Origin: a virus
Taxonomy: Duplodnaviria; Caudoviricetes
Strand: one strand, 5' to 3'
DNA length: 37,683 nt
IMG/VR virus record: IMGVR_UViG_3300027627_000010
Coordinates: 1 to 37,683 of that record
A program made the translations under genes and the position numbers. Under the pieces are notes generated by a model, which was given only the letters and a program-made list of their open reading frames with translations, made no database searches and was not told the DNA's origin. Of the stretch, positions 26,199 to 34,051 are shown in pieces (within the stretch, counting starts at the first letter, position 1; every line of letters starts with the position of its first letter).

Positions 26199-26807
26199 CT
26201 AAACTGATAAATCCATGTTTAACTTTGGGTTTTCTCTATCGGCGCATATCGCAGCCCTCATGCCTGAATACTGTGAAAGACCAGTGCCATCACAGGAGTC
26301 TGCTCCCAGCCCCTCGAAGTACTCAAAGCGACCCGGCGTGTTGACTCGCCCAATGTGACACCACTTCCCTATTACCTTGGACGCTTTCACTATCGCAGCT
26401 GCGCCAGTTCCTAACTTCCACTTGGTTGTTCCACCTATGAATACGGCGGCAATGTCAGTCCACGGGATGTCGAGATACTCTTGTCCGTCCTGACACACAA
26501 GGGCTATAGGCCAACCATTGAGTGAGGTTTGCCAGTGACGAAAGCATTCAAGCGTTCGCCTCGCATCTCCAACAACATCTGGGGCGGAAACGAATCTACA
26601 AAGGCTCTGCCTGCTTTTATGTTTGGCGAGCATAGTCAAAAAGCTTTTTGCGTCAAACTTTGAGAACGCACCGTTATCCATACCGAACTTCTGTTCCGGC
26701 TTCTGAGCGTTGTATCTAGTAAGCGGAGTGAACAACTGCTCCACATCGCAGCCAATCTCTTTAGCGCACACATCAAGGTCTTGAGATGTGTCGAGCATAA
26801 CAATCAT
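26199..26807 (-). CDS. TGT/DpdA-like TIM-barrel protein (putative deazaguanine DNA transglycosylase)
   Basis: DNGAF, APDVVGD, QDG, FIGG, HIGRVN and DSCDGTG motifs in TGT-like order. Start at ATG 26807 is coupled to the queC stop; the track start at 26960 lies inside queC. Confidence 0.62.
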   Translation of the reverse strand: MIVMLDTSQDLDVCAKEIGCDVEQLFTPLTRYNAQKPEQKFGMDNGAFSKFDAKSFLTMLAKHKSRQSLCRFVSAPDVVGDARRTLECFRHWQTSLNGWPIALVCQDGQEYLDIPWTDIAAVFIGGTTKWKLGTGAAAIVKASKVIGKWCHIGRVNTPGRFEYFEGLGADSCDGTGLSQYSGMRAAICADRENPKLNMDLSV

Positions 26808-27367
26808 AGCATGGCTGCTTTCAACTTTTCGCAGGCAGGACATTTGCCGCACGGTTCGGATCCTCCTCGATAGCATGTCCATATCTCTCCAGCAGGAACT
26901 CCCAACTCTCTGGACATACCGCCTATCCACGCTTTCGGTTTGTCTAGGTAGGGGGCGCATACTTCCACGGGAACCTCAGATGCTGCGAGCATGGAGTTGA
27001 ATGAACGGAGGAACTCCATCCGGCAGTCAGGGAATCCAGACTCGTCATCTTTGTTGCAGCCTATCGTAACTGTGTCCGCCTTTGCCTGAACCGCAAGGTT
27101 GACCGCAAGGCTAAGGAATATGCAGTTACGATTAGGCACAACCCAGCTTTGGTCATCAAGACCACCCAGCGGCGGCAACTCTATTGTCGTGTATAGAACG
27201 CCGAGTCGGTGACAGTGACCTTTGGCAAACACCAGTTCCTGTGCGTGGCTCTGCTTGTAGTCTATCAACAGGCAGTGGATTAAATGTCCCTGCTGTTTTA
27301 AATCATACAGCATTGTCACCGAATCCAATCCTCCCGATAGCAGGTGAACTATTATTTTAGGTATCAT
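26804..27367 (-). CDS. queC: 7-cyano-7-deazaguanine synthase QueC-like
   Basis: SGGLDS PP-loop, Y.Q.H..E, VPNRN, FPDCR and TCY......CGKCPAC Zn site; start ATG 27367. Confidence 0.92.
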   Translation of the reverse strand: MIPKIIVHLLSGGLDSVTMLYDLKQQGHLIHCLLIDYKQSHAQELVFAKGHCHRLGVLYTTIELPPLGGLDDQSWVVPNRNCIFLSLAVNLAVQAKADTVTIGCNKDDESGFPDCRMEFLRSFNSMLAASEVPVEVCAPYLDKPKAWIGGMSRELGVPAGEIWTCYRGGSEPCGKCPACEKLKAAML

Positions 27368-27505
27368 GTTTCCTATTCTTCGTTGTTTACTATGACATTC
27401 CAAAGCCACACGAAGGGGAGGCAAGGAATGGTTACGATTACCAACAGGGTTGAAAGGAACGCAGCACACGTTAGGTGTATCGCGTCTTTGATGGGTGTCT
27501 GTTCG

Positions 27506-27712
27506 TTAGGCTTCATTGAGCGTCTTCTTCTTTAGGTTGAAGAACAGTCCACGGAAGTGCTTTACCGCGCAGTGGTCGCACATTCCCACTTCCGCCTCGT
27601 CGCCCTTCAGGTCTTCGAGACAGCACTCGCAAGCGTCCGGCTCCACCCCGCTGAACGCCCATTCAACGTGATGATGTTCTGTTCCCGGCGGCAGTGTTCC
27701 GTCCTTGCTCAT
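27506..27712 (-). CDS. Small Cys-rich (Zn-finger-like) hypothetical protein
   Basis: CECC...CDHC; ATGA-coupled. Confidence 0.6.
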   Translation of the reverse strand: MSKDGTLPPGTEHHHVEWAFSGVEPDACECCLEDLKGDEAEVGMCDHCAVKHFRGLFFNLKKKTLNEA

Positions 27713-27909
27713 ACAACCTCCTTGCTTTGTGGTTTGCGATTATAGAATACGACCAGCTTCGCGTATTCATCCCATAGTTCCGGCCAACCTTGTTTGATTC
27801 GTTGGAGGTTGTCTTTGTCAGCGCGCATAGCTGCTTTGGCTAACGCATTGGCAAAGCCGCCTCCATACTTCAACATCGCCTCAACTATTTTAATATCTTC
27901 GATGCTCAT
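27709..27909 (-). CDS. Conserved hypothetical phage protein
   Basis: M..YGGGF...LA.A...AD..N...IK..WPE.W..Y motif. Confidence 0.72.
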   Translation of the reverse strand: MSIEDIKIVEAMLKYGGGFANALAKAAMRADKDNLQRIKQGWPELWDEYAKLVVFYNRKPQSKEVV

Positions 27910-28145
27910 ATGTTCTCCAGTTTGTAGTAGCTATGGACAACTCCATTAACTCGCAGACTCTTCTGCGTTATCCCATGCCCACGCTTCCGCAGGTCAGCTA
28001 TGCGCGAGTGAACTGCCATAGCACCCGACACGCGCCAGAGGCTTATCATCGACACCCATCTCCCAGTCTCGCCGAGCAGCGTCCTGAGTATCCTGTTGCA
28101 CTGCGAGTCCCCTCCTCCCCTTGATTTGTATTCTGTTTGTTTCAT
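27906..28145 (-). CDS. Winged-HTH protein
   Basis: SQC.RIL..L......SRIADLRKRGH.I pattern. Confidence 0.72.
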   Translation of the reverse strand: MKQTEYKSRGGGDSQCNRILRTLLGETGRWVSMISLWRVSGAMAVHSRIADLRKRGHGITQKSLRVNGVVHSYYKLENI

Positions 28146-29248
28146 AGTTTCATTCCTTTCTCCCTAGCTAGGCTAGGTTTTGTTACATTGACTTCCACAC
28201 AACCGTCTAACAACTCGTCCATCTTGGCATCCAGTTGCTTACCCTTAAGCCCTGTGGCCTCACCAAGCTTCACCTTGAGCGCACCCTTGCCAACACTCAC
28301 CGTCGTCAGGAACGCCGCTTCTGTGCCATCTTCCGCGAGGAAGCGGGACATCACAGTGGTTGCGTCCCTGATGGTTTCACGCTCGACACCCGGCTTCAAT
28401 CGCCAGCCTGCGATAGCTTCACCAAACTGAAGCCTTGCCTTCGCTTCCTCGCGGATAGCTTCGATGACTGACTCGGCTTGGTCGCACCTATCGAGAGCAA
28501 CCTCAAGCTGCGCGACTGTCAGTTGCGTTACCATGCTGTCTTCCAGAGTCACGGCTAGTGCCTTAACCTCTGCGCCAGCCTCTGGGCAGCGAGTTCTTGC
28601 GGGGCAATACTTGCATTGCGTAACACCAGCTTGCCTCACAGCGTTGGGATCCTCTGCCGCTGCGATGATTGAGTACACCTCATCCGTTGCCATCACTAGG
28701 TCAGCCCTGCTGTACGAGCAGACCGTGATGCGTTGTGCGGCCATTGGCTGGATGATGCAGACGGTTATCGTGTCCAGCTTTCGGCTTGTGTTCTGCAAGA
28801 CCAACACCGCAAGTGCGCGTAGCTGGATGTTTTCAGACGCAGACGCAACCGCTCCGCCCCCGGTCTTGTAGTCAACGATGAGCGCGTTCATCCCTTCAAT
28901 GACCACAAGGTCAGGCTTGCCGCTGAACCTCAGGTCAGCAGACCAGAGCCGATGCTCGCGCCATACCTCGTCGCAATCTCCTACAGGGACGCCGATGGTA
29001 GTCTCGATGACGTTCTCTGCGAGTTCAGTGCAGGTAGCAGCGGACGCCTTCTCGTCTGCTGTTTGATTCTCTACCTTATCTCCAGCGAGGATGGCGTGGA
29101 TGCGATTGCCGCGTTCAGCAGCAGAGGATGTAGTCTCCTTGATGCCGACACAGATGTTGAACGAGCCAGCGCAGAGAGACAGCCGCTCGATTGAGGATGC
29201 AGACGGCTTACCGTTACGCTCGTCTTTCAATTCAGTTTCATTTTCCAT
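28142..29248 (-). CDS. PD-(D/E)XK / Cas4-like exonuclease (DUF2800-like)
   Basis: SASS..R...C.GS, G...H, E, G.PD, IVDYKTG, QL..LA and C.YCPA...CP motifs; adjacent to ERF. Confidence 0.85.
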   Translation of the reverse strand: MENETELKDERNGKPSASSIERLSLCAGSFNICVGIKETTSSAAERGNRIHAILAGDKVENQTADEKASAATCTELAENVIETTIGVPVGDCDEVWREHRLWSADLRFSGKPDLVVIEGMNALIVDYKTGGGAVASASENIQLRALAVLVLQNTSRKLDTITVCIIQPMAAQRITVCSYSRADLVMATDEVYSIIAAAEDPNAVRQAGVTQCKYCPARTRCPEAGAEVKALAVTLEDSMVTQLTVAQLEVALDRCDQAESVIEAIREEAKARLQFGEAIAGWRLKPGVERETIRDATTVMSRFLAEDGTEAAFLTTVSVGKGALKVKLGEATGLKGKQLDAKMDELLDGCVEVNVTKPSLAREKGMKL

Positions 29249-29253
29249 ATTGC

Positions 29254-29955
29254 TTACGGGTTAAGCTCAACCGGCGGCAACACGAAGTTCTTGACCTCAG
29301 TCCACACGTCTGGGACAACCAACCGCGTCAGGATGTTGACCGGCAGGTTGGAGATGCGAGCGCAGTCTTTAGGCCAACTGTTCTTGCTTTCAAGGAACCC
29401 CCTCACCAAGTCGGCATGCACCTTGTCCTTAGCCATCAGCAGACCGAGAGCATCCGCTGCCTTCTCTGATTCGTTAGGTGCAGGTGCTTTCTTGAATAAC
29501 GGCTTGGCTGCTACTGCCGGTGCAGCATTGCGGTTGCCTGTCGCCTCGTTGCCGTCGTCATCCACTTCGCCGACCAGCCCGAACACCGAGCCGATGGTGT
29601 ATCGCTTGGCGTAGCTGGCAGCAGAGCCGATGCCTTGAGCATCCATCCGCGATGCTGGCACGTTGAACGGGCCGTATCGAACCTCCTCGCCAGTGATGAA
29701 CGTGAGGATGGTTGTGCAGGACACTCCTGTCTCTGTCGTTGTGAGATCCTGAGCAAACAGGATGCCGTGCTTGTGCAGCGCAGGTCGCACAGCATGCAGG
29801 AACGCCGTTAAGCTGGCGTACTTGTTGCGGAAGTGAGGATTGACCGAGTCAAGCTCGGGGTTCCGCATCTCCGATTGTGCTGAGAGCAGTGCTTCGTGGA
29901 ATGTCACTGCCGTTATCTGCTGTGGGTCTAGTGCTTTCATTTCTTTTGGTTTCAT
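29254..29955 (-). CDS. erf: ERF-family single-strand annealing protein
   Basis: NPHF...YA.L and Q..GSA.SYAKRY.....FGL....DDDGN signature. Confidence 0.92.
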   Translation of the reverse strand: MKPKEMKALDPQQITAVTFHEALLSAQSEMRNPELDSVNPHFRNKYASLTAFLHAVRPALHKHGILFAQDLTTTETGVSCTTILTFITGEEVRYGPFNVPASRMDAQGIGSAASYAKRYTIGSVFGLVGEVDDDGNEATGNRNAAPAVAAKPLFKKAPAPNESEKAADALGLLMAKDKVHADLVRGFLESKNSWPKDCARISNLPVNILTRLVVPDVWTEVKNFVLPPVELNP

Positions 29956-29989
29956 TTTGGTTTGTGGTTTGTGGTTTGTAGTGAAGGGG

Positions 29990-30185
29990 TTATGCGCCTA
30001 TCGTGTTGACGTCCTCGCGCCTGTATCGAATGCAGCCGCCAATCTTGACGGACTTAATGAGGCCGCGCCCACGCCAGTTCTCAATGGTGCGGCGGGTGAC
30101 ACCGAATAGTATCTGCAGGTCTCGCGTGGTGAGCAGGTCGCCGACTGCGATGTTTGGTTTTGTTTCAATGGCCAATGTTTCCATA
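29990..30185 (-). CDS. Excisionase/MerR-like HTH DNA-binding protein
   Basis: LLTTRDL...FGVTRRTI.NW...G.I..VKIGG.IRYR.EDV. Start uncertain; the frame is open to 30328. Confidence 0.8.
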
Positions 30186-30207
30186 GGTTGTGCAGTATTG
30201 TCAACTG

Positions 30208-30579
30208 TTAATTGCTCTTTATTGTCAGCCCTGTCCGTGCTTGGTATCGGGTCGCTAGCATCTCCGCTTCCTGCTTGTGCGAGTGATACCAGCGTAGGTT
30301 CTGTTCCAGCTTCTGTTGTAGGTTCCATAATTCTTCCTTTTGGTTTACGTTGAGTTGTCCGAGCTTACTTACCTTGTCTAGCTTGACTATCTTCCTCCCC
30401 GCTTCCGTCGCCCCCTGAATGGCGTCACGGAACAGGAAGGTGTGCTTGCCGTGTTCGCGCCTCATCCCAGCGCAGGTATCGCACAGCACCATTGCTAGCA
30501 ATCCCGCACCAATCTCTGGCAACTCGCCGAGATTGATGTCGAGTGGCTTGCCGCAGTCCGGGCATGTTGGTTCACTCAT
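30208..30579 (-). CDS. Zn-ribbon hypothetical protein
   Basis: MSEPTCPDCG...CDTC; ATG 30579 is coupled to the upstream stop. Confidence 0.68.
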   Translation of the reverse strand: MSEPTCPDCGKPLDINLGELPEIGAGLLAMVLCDTCAGMRREHGKHTFLFRDAIQGATEAGRKIVKLDKVSKLGQLNVNQKEELWNLQQKLEQNLRWYHSHKQEAEMLATRYQARTGLTIKSN

Positions 30580-30809
30580 GCGAGCCGGTTCTCCTTGTTG
30601 TCCCAAACGTAGAACCCGCGTCCCCAGACTCGGCTGCTTGGCACGGGGCGTTTGTCTGTGTAGTGAACCTCCGGCTTGCCGCCGTCCGGGTGCATCTTCG
30701 TCACTGTGTAGCGGTAGTTCTCGGTCATCAATACCTCTGGGCAGTTGAGTTCCGGTATGTGTCCGCTGCTGGTGATTTTGAAGAACTTCATTTCCTTTGT
30801 AGCTTTCAT
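30576..30809 (-). CDS. Hypothetical protein
   Basis: 77 aa, ATGA-coupled on both sides. Confidence 0.68.
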   Translation of the reverse strand: MKATKEMKFFKITSSGHIPELNCPEVLMTENYRYTVTKMHPDGGKPEVHYTDKRPVPSSRVWGRGFYVWDNKENRLA

Positions 30810-30985
30810 TCCCTTTCTCCCTTCGTTTCATTGAGCATCTCCCACGCCCTGTCGAGTGCGTGTTCTAGCGTCTGCTTTGCTAACTCTCTACCCATCGAGC
30901 TATCTTGGTTGAGGTGTGCTGACGCCGCAGTGTGCAACCATTCCAGCGCACGGATCAGTTCTTCTCTGTCGTCGTATGTGTTCAT
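30806..30985 (-). CDS. Hypothetical protein, 59 aa (absent from the ORF track)
   Basis: MNTYDDREELIRALEWLH...KGERE*; fills the gap exactly, with ATGA overlaps at both ends. Confidence 0.7.
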   Translation of the reverse strand: MNTYDDREELIRALEWLHTAASAHLNQDSSMGRELAKQTLEHALDRAWEMLNETKGERE

Positions 30986-31167
30986 AGGATGTGTGTCATT
31001 ACCGTTTCATCTATTGTTACCTTGCCGCCGTTGTGTACGGAGCAAGCCTTGCTAACTAGTCTGCCGACCTTCTCGTCGAGCATGTACAATGCTGCGGTTG
31101 AGATGCGTTTGCCCTCACCCTTGGCGAGGCGTTTGATAGCTGCCGTCTTGATGTATTTTGGTTTCAT
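30982..31167 (-). CDS. Histone-fold protein (prokaryotic histone-like)
   Basis: YIKTAAIKRLAK-GEGKRIS-TAALYMLDEKVGRLVSKA-HNGGKVTID follows the helix1, RIS loop, long helix2, K.TI loop layout of HMf/Bd0055-type histones. Confidence 0.65.
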   Translation of the reverse strand: MKPKYIKTAAIKRLAKGEGKRISTAALYMLDEKVGRLVSKACSVHNGGKVTIDETVMTHIL

Positions 31168-31203
31168 TTGTTGTTGTTGTTGTTTGGTTTGGTTTGGTTT
31201 GGT

Positions 31204-31662
31204 TTAGTTGAAGAGTCGGCGAGCCAACGAGCGACCGAGTTGTCGGGCGGCTTCGTTGTGTATGTATTGGGAGGTCACGATGGTGTCGGCTGGGGCGCAG
31301 TCGCGGAAGAACACCCACAGCACCCGTGCCAGAACCGCACACACTGCTGCACGGTACTCGGTCGGCCAGTATTGGCCTGTGCAATAGTCGAGCCGCACCC
31401 CGTCCCAAGATAGACGGCCACTGTACGCCCCGAATCCATCCTTGATGTTTTCGGCAGTGATACTTGACCGCCTATACACCAGCACTAGAAGCTGCCGCGC
31501 ATCGTGCAGCTGCTTGGTGATGGTGCGAACCTCTGCGCGATACGCCTTCCGGTCGCCATAGTTGCCGTACTCCAGCCGAGGCCGTTGATGTGCGAACTTG
31601 TTCAGTGCCTCGAGTATGTCCTCGCGTTCCGTTGTGGTGGTTCCGTTGTTGTTGGTTTTCAT
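31204..31662 (-). CDS. Hypothetical early protein
   Basis: 152 aa with an A/C-rich leader; YCTGQYWPTEYRAA motif. Confidence 0.75.
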   Translation of the reverse strand: MKTNNNGTTTTEREDILEALNKFAHQRPRLEYGNYGDRKAYRAEVRTITKQLHDARQLLVLVYRRSSITAENIKDGFGAYSGRLSWDGVRLDYCTGQYWPTEYRAAVCAVLARVLWVFFRDCAPADTIVTSQYIHNEAARQLGRSLARRLFN

Positions 31663-31711
31663 TTTGTTGTTTGGTTTGGTTGTTTATTCGACCGAGGTTG
31701 GTTGTGGTTGT

Positions 31712-32023
31712 TTATAACTGGTCGAACTTGTCTCCAGTGAGCATCCCGTCCCCGTCCTCGAACCAGTGCTGAGGCCAGCGCGCCGTCCAACCAGTGGACT
31801 TCAAGTCCTTGTCTTTCCATATCCCGTACGCGCCGAGGGCGACGGCGTCTTGGTACGAGACGTAGCCTCCGGTGTTGGAGAACACTACGCCCTTTGGGCA
31901 ATACACCATTGCATCTGCCTCTTCGTGAGTGGGGTTGCCAAACCCCTGCCGCTGGAGCTTCCGCATGAGGGTGTATGCTGCTTTGAACGACTTCCCGTTG
32001 GTTGTGGTGGTGTTGGTGTTCAT
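31712..32023 (-). CDS. Hypothetical early protein
   Basis: 103 aa; leader AACAAAGAAACAAAACTATG. Confidence 0.72.
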   Translation of the reverse strand: MNTNTTTTNGKSFKAAYTLMRKLQRQGFGNPTHEEADAMVYCPKGVVFSNTGGYVSYQDAVALGAYGIWKDKDLKSTGWTARWPQHWFEDGDGMLTGDKFDQL

Positions 32024-32046
32024 AGTTTTGTTTCTTTGTTGTTTGG

Positions 32047-32105
32047 TGAGAGTCTCATCAGGGCTGGCATCTCAAGCCAGCCGACGGGCAGCTGCCCGTT
32101 TCGAC
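32047..32105 (-). ncRNA. Type II hammerhead ribozyme
   Basis: Minus strand GTC-GAAA-CGGGC(AGCT)GCCCG-TC^-GGCTGGC(TTGAGAT)GCCAGCC-CTGATGA-GAC-TCTCA. The core is complete, the cleavage triplet is GUC, and loop I TGAGA can pair with the 3' TCTCA. Confidence 0.93.
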
Positions 32106-32106
32106 A

Positions 32107-32343
32107 CTAGCTGCGCCGGAACGCGGTGTCCGCCTGATAAGCCGCGTAGGACGCCTCGTCGTAGGCGTTCTTTGCGGTGGCGGCTTCGCAGGCCGCCTCG
32201 TAGGCCCGCATCACGGTCACTTCGTGAGCGTCCACGCCCACTGCATTACTGGCTGCCGCCTCGTAGGCGGACGCCTTGGTGTAGGCGGCCTCGTAGGTGG
32301 CGAACGCCGCCTTCTCTGCTTCAAACAATCTGTTGGTGTTCAT
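32107..32343 (-). CDS. Ala/Tyr/Glu-rich low-complexity early protein
   Basis: MNTNRLFEAEKAAF..., repeated AYEAA; start at ATG 32343 after an A-run. Confidence 0.65.
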   Translation of the reverse strand: MNTNRLFEAEKAAFATYEAAYTKASAYEAAASNAVGVDAHEVTVMRAYEAACEAATAKNAYDEASYAAYQADTAFRRS

Positions 32344-32353
32344 TTTTTTCCTT

Positions 32354-32833
32354 TCAGTCATTCCACTGGTTTGCCGAGTTCCGGGGGTCAAACGCCCAGT
32401 CGGTATCGGCCTTTGTGTGCCTCCCGCCACGGGCGGCGAGGGCGTCGAGGCCGCCGTGGGCGGTGTGTCTCCCGTAGCCACTGCCGCTGCCGTCCCCGTT
32501 GCTCTGTGCAGCGGGTGCGGGTGCGGAGGGTGGTGTCACCATCCACCGCTCCGTTCTAACGGCGCGCCGAAACTGGGCGTCGAGCGCGAGCAACGGCTCC
32601 GCGGCGAGGCCGCGAACGCCGCCGTCGAGGGCGTCTTCCCACGCGCTCTCTAGGGCTAGGCTTCCCACTTTGTCCGCGTGGGCGCGGACGGCCACTGCGA
32701 ATACCGCCGGTGAGGCGGCGAGGCTGTCGAAGAACTCCTGCGACAGCAGGAAAGACGTGCTGCTCACGTCCTCGACCGTGTCGAGGGCGGAGGCGGCCGC
32801 TCTCGCCTCCGCTTCAGTTGCAAAGAATTTCAT
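32354..32833 (-). CDS. Hypothetical early protein
   Basis: 159 aa; same 20-nt leader as the 32023 gene. Confidence 0.7.
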   Translation of the reverse strand: MKFFATEAEARAAASALDTVEDVSSTSFLLSQEFFDSLAASPAVFAVAVRAHADKVGSLALESAWEDALDGGVRGLAAEPLLALDAQFRRAVRTERWMVTPPSAPAPAAQSNGDGSGSGYGRHTAHGGLDALAARGGRHTKADTDWAFDPRNSANQWND

Positions 32834-32898
32834 AGTTTTGTTTCTTTGTTTGGTTTAGTTGGTGGCTTTGGCTTTGGTTGGGTTGGGTTGGGTTGGTT

Positions 32899-33042
32899 TT
32901 ATTCGACCGAGATCAAAGACCAGTTGCCGCTCCAGAGTGAGCAGGCATACAGTCTGAAGTCCGCGCCAGACGCAAACTGGCGAGTGTGCGTGTATGTCTT
33001 TTTGAGAACGAACGAGTAGACGCTGTAGGTGTAGGTTTTCAT
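32899..33042 (-). CDS. Small hypothetical first early protein, 47 aa (absent from the ORF track)
   Basis: MKTYTYSVYSFVLKKTYTHTRQFASGADFRLYACSLWSGNWSLISVE*, just downstream of the candidate promoter. Confidence 0.55.
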   Translation of the reverse strand: MKTYTYSVYSFVLKKTYTHTRQFASGADFRLYACSLWSGNWSLISVE

Positions 33043-33082
33043 TTGGTTTCATTGCGGCTCCGTGGCGGAACCGATTGCCAAG

Positions 33083-33110
33083 ACAATAGCACGGCGTTGT
33101 GAGTTGTCTA
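33083..33110 (-). promoter_or_regulatory. Candidate sigma70-type early promoter
   Basis: TAGACA-16 nt-TATTGT with extended -10 TG and AT-rich upstream sequence; points into the early operon. Confidence 0.5.
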
Positions 33111-33358
33111 CATTTATTTTTACCAGAGTTTCGCAACATTGCGTTTCCGTCAATGCCAGCTTGGTTACTGTCAATAAAAAGAAAAAGAATAATCTTGCCA
33201 GAAAAACATCTATGACTGTAAAATCAGGGCAGGAAAAGTGAGGATTGCTACGAGCAAGAAAACAGGCAGAGACGCACAGTAGTGAGAGAGATTTGGCGAG
33301 AGTGAATAGGGAAACCGGGAAGGTGCAAAACGAAGGCGCAAAGGCGAAGCAGCTGCAA

Positions 33359-33560
33359 GACGATGACAAGTTGACCAGACGACGCTGGACGCTGGACGCT
33401 GGACGACAGACAACAGGACAGACGCCAGCAGACGCCAGCAGACGACAGGACAGGACGCGACAGGGCGGGACGCTGGATGACATGCAGACGACAGGCAGAC
33501 GACGAATGGACGGCACGACGACGAATGGACGTTGGCAAGGGACGACGGGAGGGGGACGAC
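33359..33560. repeat. GACG-rich purine-skewed non-coding tract
   Basis: About 20 GACG copies, including GACGCTG x3, CAGACGCCAG x2 and GACGACGAATGGAC x2. Confidence 0.75.
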
Positions 33561-33658
33561 CACCCACGGGCGGGTGGGTTTAATATATACCCCTCCCAAA
33601 TCGCACACACACATTTAAACTCTTGCCTAAGTCACACACCCAAGGCACAAGTAAGGAT

Positions 33659-34051
33659 ATGGCAAAGCACAAAGGATTGAGTGAGGTAGAGGAGAGGGAA
33701 GTGTTGATGGGGATCAGCAAGTCACTTCCTATCAAGCAAGCGGCTGACTATGCGGGGGTGGAGTGGGTAAGGTTAGAGGCATTGATGAGGGGGGATGAGG
33801 GGTTGTCGATGAAGTTGAATCAGGCACAGGCTAGGGAACAGGCTAGGGTATTGGAGTTGATGAAGATGAAGAGTGGTGATGTGAAGGCTTTAGCGTTCTT
33901 GTTGGAGAGAGTGTATGGGTTGAGTGCGGTAGAGGCGAAGGAGGTTAAAGCGTCTAAGGTAGGTGGGAACCAGACATTAACTGTGACACCGGCTGTGTTG
34001 AAGGCATTGAGTATGGGAGCGGAGAAGCTGGCAATTATCAAGAGGAACTAG
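33659..34051 (+). CDS. terS: Terminase small subunit
   Basis: HTH (IKQAADYAGV) and A.AFLLER.YG motif; abuts terL; start at ATG 33659. Confidence 0.78.
   Translation: MAKHKGLSEVEEREVLMGISKSLPIKQAADYAGVEWVRLEALMRGDEGLSMKLNQAQAREQARVLELMKMKSGDVKALAFLLERVYGLSAVEAKEVKASKVGGNQTLTVTPAVLKALSMGAEKLAIIKRN

Noticed and set aside
27368-27505. preQ1 riboswitch upstream of queC
   Set aside because: Only weak hairpins are present and I could not match a preQ1 consensus; an Rfam scan would settle it.
28142-29248. Cas4 as evidence of a CRISPR-Cas system
   Set aside because: No cas genes or array are present; next to erf it fits a recombination exonuclease.
33049-33680. Several overlapping 110-170 aa ORFs in the ORF track
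   Set aside because: They are low-complexity translations of the stop-poor GACG tract.
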